DNA from: Emiliania huxleyi CCMP1516
Taxonomy: Eukaryota
Direction of reading: 5' to 3'
DNA length: 64,000 nt
Assembly (NCBI RefSeq): GCF_000372725.1
Contig: NW_005201202.1
Location: 186,001-250,000, forward strand
Both the position numbers and the translations under genes were made by a program. Shown here piece after piece: positions 33,762 through 46,061 of the stretch. Numbering within the stretch: the stretch's first letter is position 1; each line of letters begins with the position of its first letter. Under the pieces are notes generated by a model, which did not search any database, was not told the origin of the DNA, and saw only the letters and a program-made list of their open reading frames with translations.

Positions 33762-35239
33762 CTCTCTCACGTGTACAGTAAAAGACCGCTCGCTAATTGA
33801 ATAAACGGCCAGGGCCGACGGATCGCGGGGCTCTCGGCTCGTCGTCGTTGGGCAGTGCATTTAATTCTGTCAAAAATCCAAATGTGGTCCGTGGAGCTTA
33901 TTGGGCTAGGATCATACGTCCGGGAGGCCCCCCATGCGTGCCGTAACGATCGACAGCGATCTGGCTACTCTGTTCACGTTCACACCTCGTAAACCCCCCA
34001 TAACCCCGATACAGGGGGTACGACTCGCACGAACTCTCGATACGGGTGAGGGGCTCCCCAGGGGCTCCCCCCCCGGGCTGTTCACAACTCGATCGCCGGG
34101 CATTCGTTTCACTCAGTGTGCTTTCTTTATTTAACGCCCCCTCCGTCTGACCGTTCCCCCTCCTACTTCCTCCTCCTCCCCCCCCACCGCCGCCTCCCCC
34201 ATCACCCCCCTCGCCACCCCCTCCGCCATCGCCTCCCCCTCCGCCGCGCCCTCCTTCACCGCCTCCTCCTCCGCCGCCTCTGTCGCAGGAGGTAGGGTAC
34301 GAGGACTCGCGCAATGACCACAGTAACTCGACCTGCATCGAGTAACTCCGATTCGTAACTCCACCTCTACCCCATAAATAAATAAAACGGACACCTCTAC
34401 TAGGAGATGGGTAAAAAGGAACAGGTCCCCGCCCTTGCGATCTTTGTGCAGGGTTCTTTGTGCCCACACCCATCACTATGTTTGTGCCCCCCCAGTTTGT
34501 CTCCTCTCTCCCCCTTCAGTGTGAGTGGGCGCCGAGGAGGCGCCCAAATGCCCCCAGAGTGTGGTGGTCCTAACTGCCCAAACCTGGGGCTAGTTTGAAA
34601 TGTGTTCCCTTGACTGCCTGCGTCGCGCGGTGCGCGAGGCAGCTGAAGTAGTCACCCAGATCCCAGTTGCTGCGGCAACACTCCCCGTCGTGCGCGACAC
34701 CATTCTACTCCAAACCACTCAGATACGAGTTCGCCTTTGTACTTGTATGGTACCCACAACACTTATGAGATGTCGGACGACGAGACCCGCTCTGCGGATG
34801 GGTCAATACAGTCACCCGCGACAACACAACAGGGCCGCGCACGCGGCCCACTCACCCTTGCTGGACACCTACCTTCGGGTCCAGATGATCATCCCTCTCT
34901 TCAACGAGAGGAGAAAGAGACGTCTCTTGAGCCTACTGGGGGACCTCGACCACAATTCACGGTCAGATCTCGCCAATCCCCTGCGACACCACGTTGGGAC
35001 AAGTTGAAATCGTGCCCAAGGGCGGCAGGGTTTTCAAAAATCTCTCTCACAGTCACACACACGGAATACTGTTGCACTGTTGCACTGGGATGGGGTCGAT
35101 TCCGCATGGTACGGGACCCCTCGATCGTCTCCGCTCGCCCTCCCTCGCTGGTGTGTTCATTGGGGGGGTCATAACAAACACGGTACAGGATCGAGGTGCA
35201 CGCTGCGGAAGCAGTGTCGTCCCCCCCTCTCCATCGTCT

Positions 35240-35982
35240 CCCAGAGAGACGTCAGCACAGTGGTGGGCGGCGTTGTTGAGGAACCAGTCGCCATGGTAGT
35301 CCTTTGCACCACCGACTGTGTCCCCAAGTTCGAGTGCCCGCGTGACAGTCGAGCGGCACTGCGAGAGGTGAAGGCCGTTTCGGCGCTGAAGCTCGCCGAT
35401 GAATATGTCGTCTGGAATGCATGTGGCATTGCTGCCGTCGAGTTTTGTGTCGAGCCACCGCCCCGCGTAAGGCTGCGCAGTTGAGACGTAGCGGATGGAC
35501 TCGCGTAGACGTATTTTGGTGTCGCCTGGCTGCCAGTTGGCTGCCGTGTAGTCGTCGAGGGCGCGCCACTCCTTCTGCAGATCGAACCAGTTCCAGATAG
35601 TCTCGATGGCAGCAAGCGCCCGCGCATACGGGCTTCCTGATTTGCAAGTGCCATCGATGACTGACTCCGGTGTTGGAAGGGACTCAGAAGTGGGGAGGCT
35701 GACGCCCTTGGGGTAGAACTCAGAGATCTTGCCGCCGCGCAAGGTGTAGTAGATGTTGTCGTCGCGCGCGGCTCGGATGGAGGCCACCTCGTCTCGCCTC
35801 GAGAGCGCGGCTCTGTACGAGTTGACGGCGGCGTCTCGTGCACCGTACCCGCCGGAGCGCTCGGCTTCGGCGAGGTCCGGGCTGCAGGCCACAAGCTTTG
35901 ACCAGCATTTGAGGAGGGAGATGTAGTAGGCCTCGGCGGGGCCGCGCACGCCCGTGCGGCCCCCACCCGTGTCGTTGGGCAC
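35240..35982 (-). mobile_element. Fragment of a CRE-like retrotransposon ORF (region after the RT core)
   Basis: GGGRTGVR..AEAYYIS...YVSTAQPYAGRWLD...IPDDIFIGELQRRNGLHL...DYHGDW resembles the GG.G.R / AG.WL / F...L..R.G / D..GDH series of RLE-type non-LTR elements. Confidence 0.65.
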
Positions 35983-35987
35983 GCCGA

Positions 35988-36345
35988 CTTAGTGTTGTGT
36001 GGGAGTTCGTTTTGGTAAAATTCTTCCGTACGCGCCAGTCCCGTGCCTAGTGTCGTGTGAGAGGCCCTTGTAAAATCGACCGAGTTTGCGTTGAGGAGCG
36101 AACCGAGCCGCCGGGTGCCCCCGCAGCGGCCTCGCTGGGCCAGAAGATCGGCGCCCGCGAGTGCTCCCCTCCGCAGCAGCCTCGCTGGGCCAGAAGATCG
36201 GCCCGCGAGGTGGGCTAGCATGAGCCCGATGCGTCGCAGTGCTCTTGAGGTGCTCTTGCGTTTCGGCGGTAGTGATCTGATCACCCGAATGCCACGTTCG
36301 GATCGCTCCTCATCGCAAACCCCGTCAGTCAGCAGTCCTCCTCGC
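35988..36345 (+). repeat. Repeat family A copy
   Basis: Reverse complement of about 22165-22450, with an internal duplication of gcctcgctgggccagaagatcggc. Confidence 0.8.
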
Positions 36346-36536
36346 AAGCAAGAGCGCGTGCTGAAATTCTTCTCCGCGGTCGGGATGTCGGGGGGGTGGG
36401 GTGGGTGGGGTGGGCGCCGGAGTGGGAGTGGTGTGACTGCTCCTGTGGTGGGCGCGACGGCTTCTGAGGAAGCCATCGGATGCTGTGTAATTCTTCCCCG
36501 GGGGCCCAAGTTCGTGAGTTAGCAAGCGCGGTGGCG

Positions 36537-36687
36537 TGCGCACAGTGCCTACGAGCGGGTCGGTGCGTTAGAGACCGAATAGCGCCATCTTCCACACAGG
36601 CCGAGCGTCTCGATGGCCGCAGCCCTACTGCTCCCGGCCATGGCCGCCGTACTGCTGCACGTGTCCTCGACGCTGTTGCCGCTGAGG
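36537..36687 (+). pseudogene. Inverted copy of the 5' end of the gene at 31733(-)
   Basis: Reverse complement of about 31659-31808, including the upstream sequence and MAAALLLPAMAAVLLHVSSTLLPLR. Confidence 0.85.
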
Positions 36688-37947
36688 ACCGACGCGATCG
36701 ACGCCTGCGACTCCCTCCTTGCCTTCCCGGCATCGTACGCGGACGTGCGCGGAGCCTTGACCGTGTCCATCGGAGTGAACATCGCCCCTACCGACGCACG
36801 TAACATGGCGACACGGCCGACGGCCCACTTGTCTCGGCTCGTTTCGGCGAATTCATTACGTTTCATTCGCGCCTTGTCCCGCCGCTTTCTGGCTGGGATC
36901 TTGCGATCGATCGAGTGCTCGGCCGCTCTCCCTCCTCCTGTCTGACCTCCCTGGCTGATGCGCGTTCGCAGACCAGGCGATGGAGGTTGTGGCGGTATCC
37001 CGGCATCAAACGCATCATCGGAGAACAGATGGGAAAGAGCAGGTCGATCGAGGCCAGGTCCCAGGAAGGGAGGAGCAAACTGCACTCGCTCGTCACCAGG
37101 AGGGAGGGGCAGCGCGACGAGCGCGCGAGCAGCGGGAACCCAGTTTCCTGGTGGTTGCCATTGCTTTCACCTCATCGGCCTGCGAGAATCAAAGCACGAG
37201 CCGTGCTACCAGCGGAGCACGACATGGAGAAGGCATCGCGGCTTTGCACGCCCCCAACATTCCCCTGACAGCAGCGCCCCACGGCGTGGGCTGCGAGGTC
37301 ACTCGGGGTGACCCAGGGGGCGGCGGGGGAGCACTCTCCCGCCGGAGTAGCGGGCGGTCTTCCCGCTACTCGCTCGTATTTTGAGGTGCATCCATGCCCC
37401 GCCCACCACCTTCCCGGCAGCTCCACCCCCTCGGTGACGTCCTCATCTTCTCCCCCCCTGCCCCGCCCCCCCTTCAGGCAAGGCCCTGGCCACCAAAATC
37501 GCGCTCTGCGCTCCGGGAACGGGCAGCAGCGCGACGCAGAGTTCGACCACGAGAGCGAGCGGCGGCGGCGGCTTAGCACCAACCATGTCAGTGCATGGGC
37601 TGGCTGCGTGGCCCCCGCCACCAGACTCCGTCGGGCTCGCGTCTCCCTGCCCGCTGAGGGGAGCGCAGTGTGTGTGTCTATGTCAGTGTCTGTGTCGGTG
37701 TCCCTGTCGGCTCGTGTGTGTCGTGTGTGACTCTCGCAAGCTCGCCTCCCATCGTCCATCGACCGAGTGCGAGCCATGCAGCGTGATCGCAGTGCCGCTC
37801 GCAACGGGTCGTCCAAGGATTCCTCTAGGGCCGACGCACGAAAAAAGAAAGCGGTTCTCAAAGGTACACGGGTGATTAAATCCATTAAAAGCGAACGCCG
37901 AAGCTGTGGCGCGCCAACCTTGCCCGCCCAACTCTCCGTCCACCACA

Positions 37948-40900
37948 ATGTCCATCCCATTTTCACTCTCCGAGGCGGGCTTCGAGGGATCCAGGTCGCT
38001 CGTGAGCGGCCTGCACAACGTGGCCCTGCAGACCGACAATGGCGGCAGGGCGCCGACCTCCTCCAGTGACGACTCTGACGGAGCAGACGTGGTGCGTGGT
38101 GCAGCTGCACGCGCAGAGGCCCCGCTCGCGGCACCGCGGCTCACTGATCGGGCCGACTCGCTGCCACAGGTGGAGCAGCGGCCTCAGTTCTCGCCCAGTG
38201 CCATGGCGTACCCGTCCCCGCCGCACATGCACGGCCCGATAGTTGCCGTCAGCTGCTACACGTGCTTCGCGGACCTGGCCCACGGCCCTCGCGGCGTCGA
38301 GGCGCAACGGTCGTTCTGGACGTTCCGGCTCAACCTGAACGACGGCACTCTCACCCTCCTCTCAGCTGTGCCGAAGGGCTTTGCCCACAACCCGGTGCGC
38401 CAGCGGCCTGCGCAAGCCTTCCTTGACAGGCCCAACGCCACCCTCACCCGGACCCCGCACCCCAGGCCTTCACTCGGTGCCACCCGAGCCTCAACGTCGT
38501 CTACTCGTGCACCGAGTCCGTCCGCCACGAAGGGCAGGTCCCTCTCCCCCCCCTGGTCCTCTCACGTCCCTCCCCTCCCCTCCCCTCCCTCCCCCTCTCC
38601 TCTCTCCCTCTCCTCTCTCCTTCACCTGCTCTGCTCTCTGCTCCTCCTCGTCCACCCCTGCCCCACCCCTCTCCCCCTCCTCGCTCCTCTCCCCCTCCGC
38701 CCTCACAGGTCCTCGCGCTGCAGCTCGACTCGCGGAGCGGCGAGTTGACCGAGCTCTGCCCGCCCGTCTCTGCTGGCACGGCTGATCGACGTGCCGGCAC
38801 CCACACGCTAGAAGCATCCGAAGCGCTCTCTCCCACATTCCCGCAGGCGGCTGGTCCACCTGCTACCTCACCATCCACAAGTCTGCCCGCCGGCTGCTCC
38901 TCGTAAACTACTGGGACTCGACCATCTGCACGCTCGAGCTGCTCCCGAGCGGCCAGCCCTGCCGCCGCTCCTCGCGCCACCCGCACAGGACACGCCCAGG
39001 ACACGTTCAGCATGTCCCGTAGGCAAGCTCGGCCGGCGGCTCTGCGTCTACGACCCGAAGGGAGGGCGCACGATGAAGGCGAAAGCTCGCCGAGATGTAG
39101 CCAGCCGAGATCCAGCCGAGATCCAGCCGAGATCCAGCCGAGCGACAGCCGAGAGACAGCCGAGAGCCAGCCGAGAGACAGCCGAGAGCCAGCCGAGAGA
39201 CAGCCGAGAGCCAGCCGAGAGCCAGCCGAGAGCCAGCCGAGAGACAGCCGAGAGACAGCCGAGAGACAGCCGAGAGACAGCCGAGAGACAGCCGAGAGAC
39301 AGCCGAGAGACAGCCGAGAGACAGCCGAGAGACAGCCGAGAGACAGCCGAAGGGAGGGCGCGCGATGAGGGCGAGCGCGGCCCCACCAGTTGCGAGCAGT
39401 GAATGTTGCAGGAACTGTCCGAGAGCCTTGTCGGGGCCTCTCTTCAGGCGAGCGCGGACCGGCACGTCAACCACTCGATGAACGACGAGCGCGCGCAGGT
39501 GGAGCGACACTACGGCTGCACCTCGGCTGCACCTCGGCTGCTCCTCGGCTGCACCTCGGCTGCACCTCGGCTGCACCTCGGCTGTTTCTCGCAGGCGGAG
39601 CGGCAGAGCGACCCGCACTCGCACGCGATTGTGGCCGAGCCGGCTGCTGGGACGGACACGTCCGCGACACGTCCAGGACGTGTCCGAGACATGTCCCATA
39701 GGTGCTCGAGCCGTCGGCGGGGACGATCGCCTATGTGCGGCCAAGTTCGGGCATGGATGTGCTCCGAGACGTGCCCCGCCGCGGACGTGTCGAAATCACG
39801 TCCCATAGGTGCCTGACTTGGGCATGGACGTGATCCGCCAGTTCCACTTCGACGAGGAGACCGGCGTGGTGACTCCTTGCGGCGTGATTCGTTCGGGCGT
39901 CAAGCGCGCCGGGCGAGGGCTCGGGCCGCGATACCTGATCTTCGCGAAGGCGTTGCCCACGTGCTACGTCGTCAACGAGCTCTCTTCGCAGGTCCACTCT
40001 CTCTCCCGGCCATCCTATCCCGGACACCTCTCGGCCACCTCCCGGCCACCTCCCGGCCACCTCCCGGACACCTCCCGGACACCTCCCGGCCACCTCCCGG
40101 CCACCTCCCGGCCACCTCCCGGCCACCTCCCGGCCACCTCCCGGCCACCTCCCGGCCACCTCCCGGCCTGCTCGCAGGTCGGCGTCTTCACGTACGACGC
40201 AGGGGTGGCCGCCAGCATTGAGAGCGCGTGGGCGGGCGCCGGATCGGTCGAGGCCAAGCAGGCGGCCGGTGTGCCGTTCATACTCCATTAGCTCTCACTC
40301 TTTGACTCACTCTCTGGTCCTTCAAGCAGGCGGCGGTGTGCGCCGCAGCGGAGCCGACCCTCACCCTGGTGCAGACGGTGGCCACCATCCCCGACGCCTT
40401 CCCCGTCGAGATGAACACGCGCGGCCGCGTCGCTATTCGCCGACCGGTTGTCCTTTGTGCGTGCTGCACTCATCCGCCGCCACACAACCCCACAGGTGCG
40501 GCCGCATCACCATCCACCCATCGGGCGACTTCGTCGTCACCTCCAACCGAGGCCACGACTCGGTCTGCTATTTATTTATTTATTTATTTATTTATTTATT
40601 TCTTTCACCTCCAACCGAGGACTCGATCTGCGTGCACCGCTTGCACACCTTATCGTCACCGTCACCATTACTCTTCATTGTCATCGCTGCTAGGTTTGCG
40701 TGCACCGCGTGCACCGCGACTCGACGCCGCCCGGCCTGCTCTCGCTCGCCGGCATCTTCCGTAGCCGCGGCGAGGCGCCTCTCTGTGGATGTTGCCGATG
40801 ATTCGAATCATTGACGAATCAGGCATCTTCCACACGCGCGGCGAGACGCCGCGCCACTTCCAGTTCGACCCGTCGGGGCAGTGGCTGCTCGTCGCGAACC

Positions 40901-41013
40901 AAGACTCCAACACTTGCGCCGTCTTCGCCTTCAACACCGCCACCGGCTGCGTCACCTACACAGGCAACACGTACAAGGTGCCGTCGCCAAACTTTGTGAG
41001 CGTGAGAGCGTAG
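37948..41013 (+). CDS. 6-phosphogluconolactonase-like 7-bladed beta-propeller lactonase, multi-exon
   Basis: NPAF, STCYLTI, LLVNYWDS, DPHSHAI, YVPDLGMDVI, GPRYLIF, YVVNELSS, TSNRGHDS, GETPRHFQFDPSGQWLLVANQDS, VPSPNFV. Confidence 0.9.
39088..39349. repeat. Intronic 11-bp satellite (cagccgagaga)n
   Basis: About 23 units. Related 10-11-bp arrays at 17668-17741, 39513-39583, 40020-40167, 46353-46411 and 60559-60637. Confidence 0.95.
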
Positions 41014-41360
41014 CGGCCACGGCGGAGCGAGGCCGAGGGGGGCGATGTCTTCTGACGCCGCCCTCTCTCTGCCAACTCGCTGCTGCCACTTTTGTCGGAT
41101 CTCGCTGTAAGGGATCGGGAAAGGAGGGTAACGAGGGTGTGCTGGGTATTGGGATGGCACGCGCGGCGTTGGCGCGGCTGCGGCCGCCCTGGCCTGAGTG
41201 CGTGGGATGGGTGTGGTGGGCTACGTACTACGTTAACCCCACGCTGCCGCGAAAGCGCCAGGGCAAGGCGCTTGGGGGCGTGCGGAAAAAGTGATTGCGT
41301 TTCGTCGCACTCAAAAGGCCCGGAACGACGCCCGACTTGTGTGGGCCCCCGATAGCCTCA

Positions 41361-41929
41361 ATGCTGAAGCTCCTACTCGCGTCGCTCGCCGTGTCCTCCG
41401 CGTCCGTCGTCGAGCCCAAGAAGGCCGCGCAGCCCGCACTTCGACTTCGCGGCGGCGGTGGCCTGGGATCTGCCATTCTCACCATGTCGGCGGCTGCAGC
41501 CGGCAGCACCGGCGCCCTTATGTGAGCGCCCGCACAGCATTATGGTAGACGAGCCCGCACAGCATTATGATAGACGGTGCTGCACGCGGCTTCGGCCGCA
41601 CCATCACGGATGCAGTCGCCTGCGCTGTCAACTCGGTCGCGCCGGCTGGCGGCAGGTACATTGGCAAGGAGGACCTCGCGTCGCTGCTCTGGCTCAACCT
41701 GAACCAGTGGCCGGCGGACAAGATGCTGGGCTCGGCAGTTGTGGGCTGGGCCGTCGGCAAGTTCATCTGCGCGAGGAACGGGCTCGCCAAGGAGTACTGC
41801 CAGCTCAATATCGTGCCTATGCTCCTCATGATCCTCGCGAACGTCATGGGCGGCGGCCCCATGACAGCCAACCTGCTACCCGCATGCTTCACTGCGGCAT
41901 ATGTCTATGTCGGCTTCGTCGAGGACTGA
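41361..41929 (+). CDS. Small membrane protein with signal peptide and LRLRGG motif (two exons)
   Basis: MLKLLLASLAVSSA...ALRLRGGGG; GT-AG intron 41522-41655 joins in frame (GALM|YIGKED); several hydrophobic segments. Confidence 0.75.
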
Positions 41930-42313
41930 GCACGGCGAAGGAGCAGCAAGCCTGATCCGGGGAGCGACAGGGCATTGGCCCCCGTGCGCACGGCCCATGT
42001 CCATGTGCGGCCCAGGCCTGCCAAGGTCGCCAGCGCCCAGCGGGGAGGTGCATACCTCGCGTGAGAGAGAGAGAGAGAGAGATTTTAGAAAACCAACACA
42101 AGAAATCACGACTCTCACAGTGATTTGGGCTCGGCAGCTTGTCAGCCCTCAGCCGAAGCTGGGGCCGGTCCCGTAGCCGAGAGAGCCCGCGCCGATGAGT
42201 TCGACGCGGGCGGTCGGGGGGCCTTGCGGAGAGACCAGCGAGGTGGCGATCGCTGTACTTCATGGTGCCCTCGGTGGGGCGGCTGACAAGCCAGAGGTAC
42301 AGAGGTCGATACT

Positions 42314-42558
42314 TGCACCCCTGACACAGTTATTGTTATGGTGTTAACTGTTATGGCTCTCGGGGCATAGCAGCCCATAACATGTTATGCGGGGTGTTAT
42401 ATGGGTGTTATGGGCCCGGGCATAGGGTGGGCATAACAGCCATAACAGCGATGGAGGTGTTATGAGGTGTTATGAGGTGTTATGGGGTGTTATGAGCAGC
42501 CAGCCATAACAGCCATAACACCTGTTATGGCCGCTCCCATAACCTTGTCTGGGGTCAA
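42314..42558. mobile_element. MITE-like element rich in GTTAT/ATAAC repeats (related end at about 63816-63905)
   Basis: Imperfect inverted ends cccctgacacagttat / ataaccttgtctgggg; cacagttattgttatggtg recurs at about 63820. Confidence 0.65.
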
Positions 42559-43173
42559 GATACTCTAGACGACCCATACAGGATGCCACGAATGCCTGGA
42601 GGAGAGGGAGGCGAGGCCAGAGGCAGACCGCTCAGCTGCTCTTGGGTGATCTCGCTTTGGTGGCTGAAGGACCCGATGGTCCTGTCACAATTCGTGTTCC
42701 AACTAGTATTCCCTCGTATATAGGGTGTGGTTTCAGCAGTGGCACAGTATCGCCCATGTGCGGCGGCAGGAGCTGCACGCAGCTCGTTCGAGCGGCCACT
42801 TTTTGCGTTTTGGCAGGTTCGAGGACAGGTCGTTCGCGTCTTCGCGGTAAGCGAACGTGCAAGTGCAACAAACAAATCGAACGAAAGACACGCCAAAAGC
42901 CTTACCCGTCCTCCGATGAAACTTGGATCCGCGGCGGGGCGACCAGTCCCGGCGTTCGATCCCGTGGTCGAGAAGGCGTGAGAGCTGCACCGTCGCCGAG
43001 CCGGACGGAGGCGGGCTTGCTTCTTTGCGTCTCCATGCCAAAAAAGAATGTTACAACAAAACTCCCTCGCACAACACTGGGCACGGGACTGGCGCGCACT
43101 GGCACTTACACAGGTACACCAAAAAAAGAATTTCGCCGGGTCGGCTGCGTCTAGCCTTGCGATATATATACAT

Positions 43174-45594
43174 ATGTTGGACGACGACCCCCCGCCGCCC
43201 ACCCTCGGCGCTTACACGCAGCCTGTTTCGACCACTGTCCGAGAATGCCAGCTCTTGTTCGACCGGGGCTGCGTGTGGGCCTTCAGCCTGCACCGCGAGG
43301 AGGCGGTCGCCTGCTTCCAACGTGCAGCTGAGGCGGACTCGGCGTGTGCAATGGCGCACTGGGGCGTCGCCTTCGCGAATGGGCCCGATTACAACTGGAA
43401 CGAGAGCGCCGGCTTCTTCGCGGCGGCCGCGCAGCACGCGGGCTATCCCAGCTTCAAGGTTGCCGCCGATGCTCTCGAGCGGGCGGCGGCGGCGCTGACC
43501 GACGAGAGCCCTCAGCGCGAGCGAGATCTGGTCGGCGCGTTGGCCCTGCTGTTCGAGTGGCCAGTGACGCCGACCGCGGCGCAGCGCAAGGTCGCCTATG
43601 CCGACGCGATGCAGGCTCTCGCCGAGAGGCCGAACTATGCGGCAGACGCAGACGTGCAGGCGCCGCTGCACTCCCGGCTCTCTCTCCCGACTCTCTCTCC
43701 TCTCCCCTCCCACTCCCCCATCCATATCTCTGCTGCCCTCCCAGACGAGCTTGCTCCTGCCGTCTGTCCGGCAGGCGCTCGCCGCCGACGCCGTGATGTC
43801 CCTCGCCCCATGGGCGCTGTACGGGGCGGACCAGGCGCCGACCCCGGTGGCCGTCCGTGCCAAGGCGCCGCTCGAGCGCGGGCTGGCGGCAGATCCGGCG
43901 CACCCGTACCTCTGCCACCTTCGCGTACACCTCGACGAGATGGGGCCCAGGCACAGCTCTGCAGCGTCGCCGCAGGAGCAAGCCGGCGGCCGCCCACTCA
44001 CCCGCCGCCCACGCGTCCCTCGCAGGGCGCGGTTCCACTGGCCCTCCGCTGAGGCGCGCCGCAGCCGCGACATGTCCGCGACATGTCCGCGAACTGTCCA
44101 TGACATGTCCTGTACCTCTGCCGAGGCGCTGCGCCGAACCGACGCCACCGACGCGGGGCCATCCCTGCACATGCCCTCTCAACGATTCATCATCACTGAG
44201 TGGTTCAAGAATTGCATAGGCGGGCCACCTGCTGCACATGCCCTCGCACCTCGACATCCAGGCGACGCACTCGCTCGTCAGCAACCAGTGGTCAGTGGCT
44301 CGTCCTCGTGACCAATGCCCTCCCCCCCCCTCGACACCTCAGGTCGGCGACTACTCTGCAGCGATGCAGGCGAACAGGGAGGCCATCTCTGCCGACTTGC
44401 GGCAGCTCGCACGCGCGCCGCAGCGCTTCTCGATCTACTCCGGCTACGTGGTGCGCAACACGGGGCCGCTCGCTTGGGCGGCCGCCTCTTCACGCCTGCA
44501 CTCGCGAGCAGGTGCACAACATGGAGTTCCTCGCTTGGGCAGCCATGCTCGCCGGGAACAAGGGCGCCGCCCTCGCCGCCGCAGGCCAGATCGAGACCTT
44601 CCTCGACGAGGCGCGCCTCGGATTGAGGAATGAATGAGTCGACTCTCAAGAGGGCCCTCCTCGACCAGGCGCGCCTCGCCTCGAACCCGATGCTGCCGGC
44701 CTTCTTCGAGTCGTACTTGGCCACACGGCCGATGGTGGCGTCGCTCTCGGCGGCTGGGAGGAGCGAGTCGAGGAGACCTCAAGAGGCGTCCGTCGCTCGC
44801 TTCAGGTGCTCGTGCGGTTTGGGCTCTGGGAGGAGCTCCTCTCGCTGCCCCTGCCCGAGGACGCGCAGCTCTACCTCTCGCGCACCCTCTTCCTTCGTTT
44901 CGGCCGCGCCCTGGCCTTCGGCGCGAAGGGAGACGTAGCGGCGGGCCGGGCGGAGCAGGCGGCGTTCGCGGCTCTGCTCACGCCGATGGAGCCGGAGACA
45001 CGCGCCTCGGCCGGTCGGCGGGGTCGCATTGGGCGCTCTCCGGACCCTTCTCGGACTTGCCCCCCACAGGACACGCGGCGGAAGCACAACACGACGGTCG
45101 CGGAGCACTCCGGCCCGATCGCAGCTGCGGTGCTCGAGGCGGAGCTGAGCTGCGGTGAGGGCCGCCTCAAGGGGACGAGGGGTGAGGCAGCGGACGGACT
45201 CGTGTAGGCGGAGCTCTCCTACCGCGAGGGCCGCCTCGAGGCGAGCTGGGCCGCGCTCGCAGACGCCGTCGCAAGGTACGACGCGATGCCGTACGACGAG
45301 CCCGCCGGCTACCTGATGCCTCCGCGCCAGACGTACGCCGCGCTGCTCGCCGAGCAGGGCCGCCTCGAGCGCGCCGCGCGGCTGTACGAGGAGGACCTCG
45401 GCACCTTCCCCAAGAACGTCTGGTCGCTCGCCGGGCTGCGGCTCTGCCTCGCCGGGGAGGCGCACGCGCCGCGGCTGAGGGAGGTCGAGGCGGCGCTGGC
45501 CGCGGCGGAGGCGGCGGCAGACGTCGAGGTGCGCGCGAGCTGCGCGTGCGCGCTGGAGAGCTGGGGCTCGGGGAGGCGACCGGCGCCTGAATGA
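43174..45594 (+). CDS. TPR-like all-helical protein, multi-exon
   Basis: FDRG...HREEAVACFQRAAEADSACAMAHWGVAFANGPDYN, HPYLCHLRVHLDEM, GHLLHMPSHLD, HNMEFL, YDEPAGYLMPPRQTYAALL, PKNVWSLAGL. Confidence 0.85.
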
Positions 45595-46061
45595 TATTGT
45601 TGATGTGCTACGCCGCGTTAGCAAAGAGACGCACTTGCCCCGCCAGCACCGTGCCAGCAGCGAGAAGAAGGGCGCGCGCGCGCGGGAACACATGCACCGC
45701 GGAAGAAAAAACGACACGGCAGAGAACTGAGAGAAGAGCCGTGTGTGGGAGAACGACCGGTCCGACACACCTCCCCGACAAATACAGTAGAGCGGATCGG
45801 TGCAAACAGCACCCTAGAGATACTGGCTAGATAAATAACATTACACTGGCGGCCGCGGGGACTCAGGGCTCGCCTGCCCCCCCCCCCGCCCCTCGCTCGG
45901 TCGCCAGGGTGCGAGGCGAACAGCGGCGCGCGGAGAACGGTCGGGCCGCTCGCAGTCTCGCCGCCCGGCAGCTGCTAGCCCACTTGGGGGGGGGGGGGAG
46001 GGGGGCTCAGCGGCGGTGTCGGCGCCGCTAGCGGCCGCCTCGAAGCCGCCCAGTCGGCCGC

